The notes under the pieces are model-generated. The model was not told where the DNA came from and did not search any database. It saw only the letters and a program-made list of their open reading frames with translations. Of a stretch of DNA of 64,000 bases, positions 63,900-64,000 are shown piece after piece (position 1 is the first letter of the stretch; every line of letters starts with the position of its first letter). Source of the stretch: Octopus sinensis (taxonomy: Eukaryota); the NCBI RefSeq assembly GCF_006345805.1, contig NC_042998.1, forward strand, positions 69,874,001 to 69,938,000, written 5' to 3'. Made by a program: the position numbers and the translations under genes.

Positions 63900-64000
63900 T
63901 ATATGTATGTATGTATGTATATATGTATGTATATGTATATATATATATGTGTGTATATATATGTATGTATGTATGTATGTATATATATATATATATATAT
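62970..64000. repeat. Compound (TG)n/(TA)n/(GA)n/(TATG)n field
   Basis: Direct reading; source of the 351-aa YI/HT ORF. Confidence 0.95.

Overview
Eukaryotic, AT-rich, microsatellite-saturated DNA with no confidently identifiable host gene. The tRNA-derived SINE set and the extreme (TA)n/(TACA)n/(TAA)n/(ACC)n load point to a coleoid cephalopod, most likely Octopus (inference from repeat content, not from a search). Nearly all listed ORFs are translation artefacts of simple repeats. The real coding content is retrotransposon-derived: one apparently full-length ~5.8 kb L1-clade/Tx1-like LINE (49562-55400), at least seven Dong/R4-like restriction-like-endonuclease LINE fragments, a 5'-truncated CR1-like LINE and several decayed Penelope-like elements. 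There are also four SINE types, a hAT MITE, a Helitron-like and two Helentron-like non-autonomous elements, and a 100-N gap. Most notable: (1) the 3' end of the Tx1-like LINE matches the tail of the most abundant SINE, suggesting a LINE-SINE partnership; (2) (TAA)n microsatellites appear to be a shared landing site for the Dong/R4 families, the Tx1-like element and an unclassified 555-bp element; (3) minimal hammerhead-ribozyme-like motifs at 9492, 10648 and 20884; (4) a 249-bp TG...CA foldback forming a rod with regularly spaced single mismatches. All family assignments are by eye, and boundaries of old elements are approximate.
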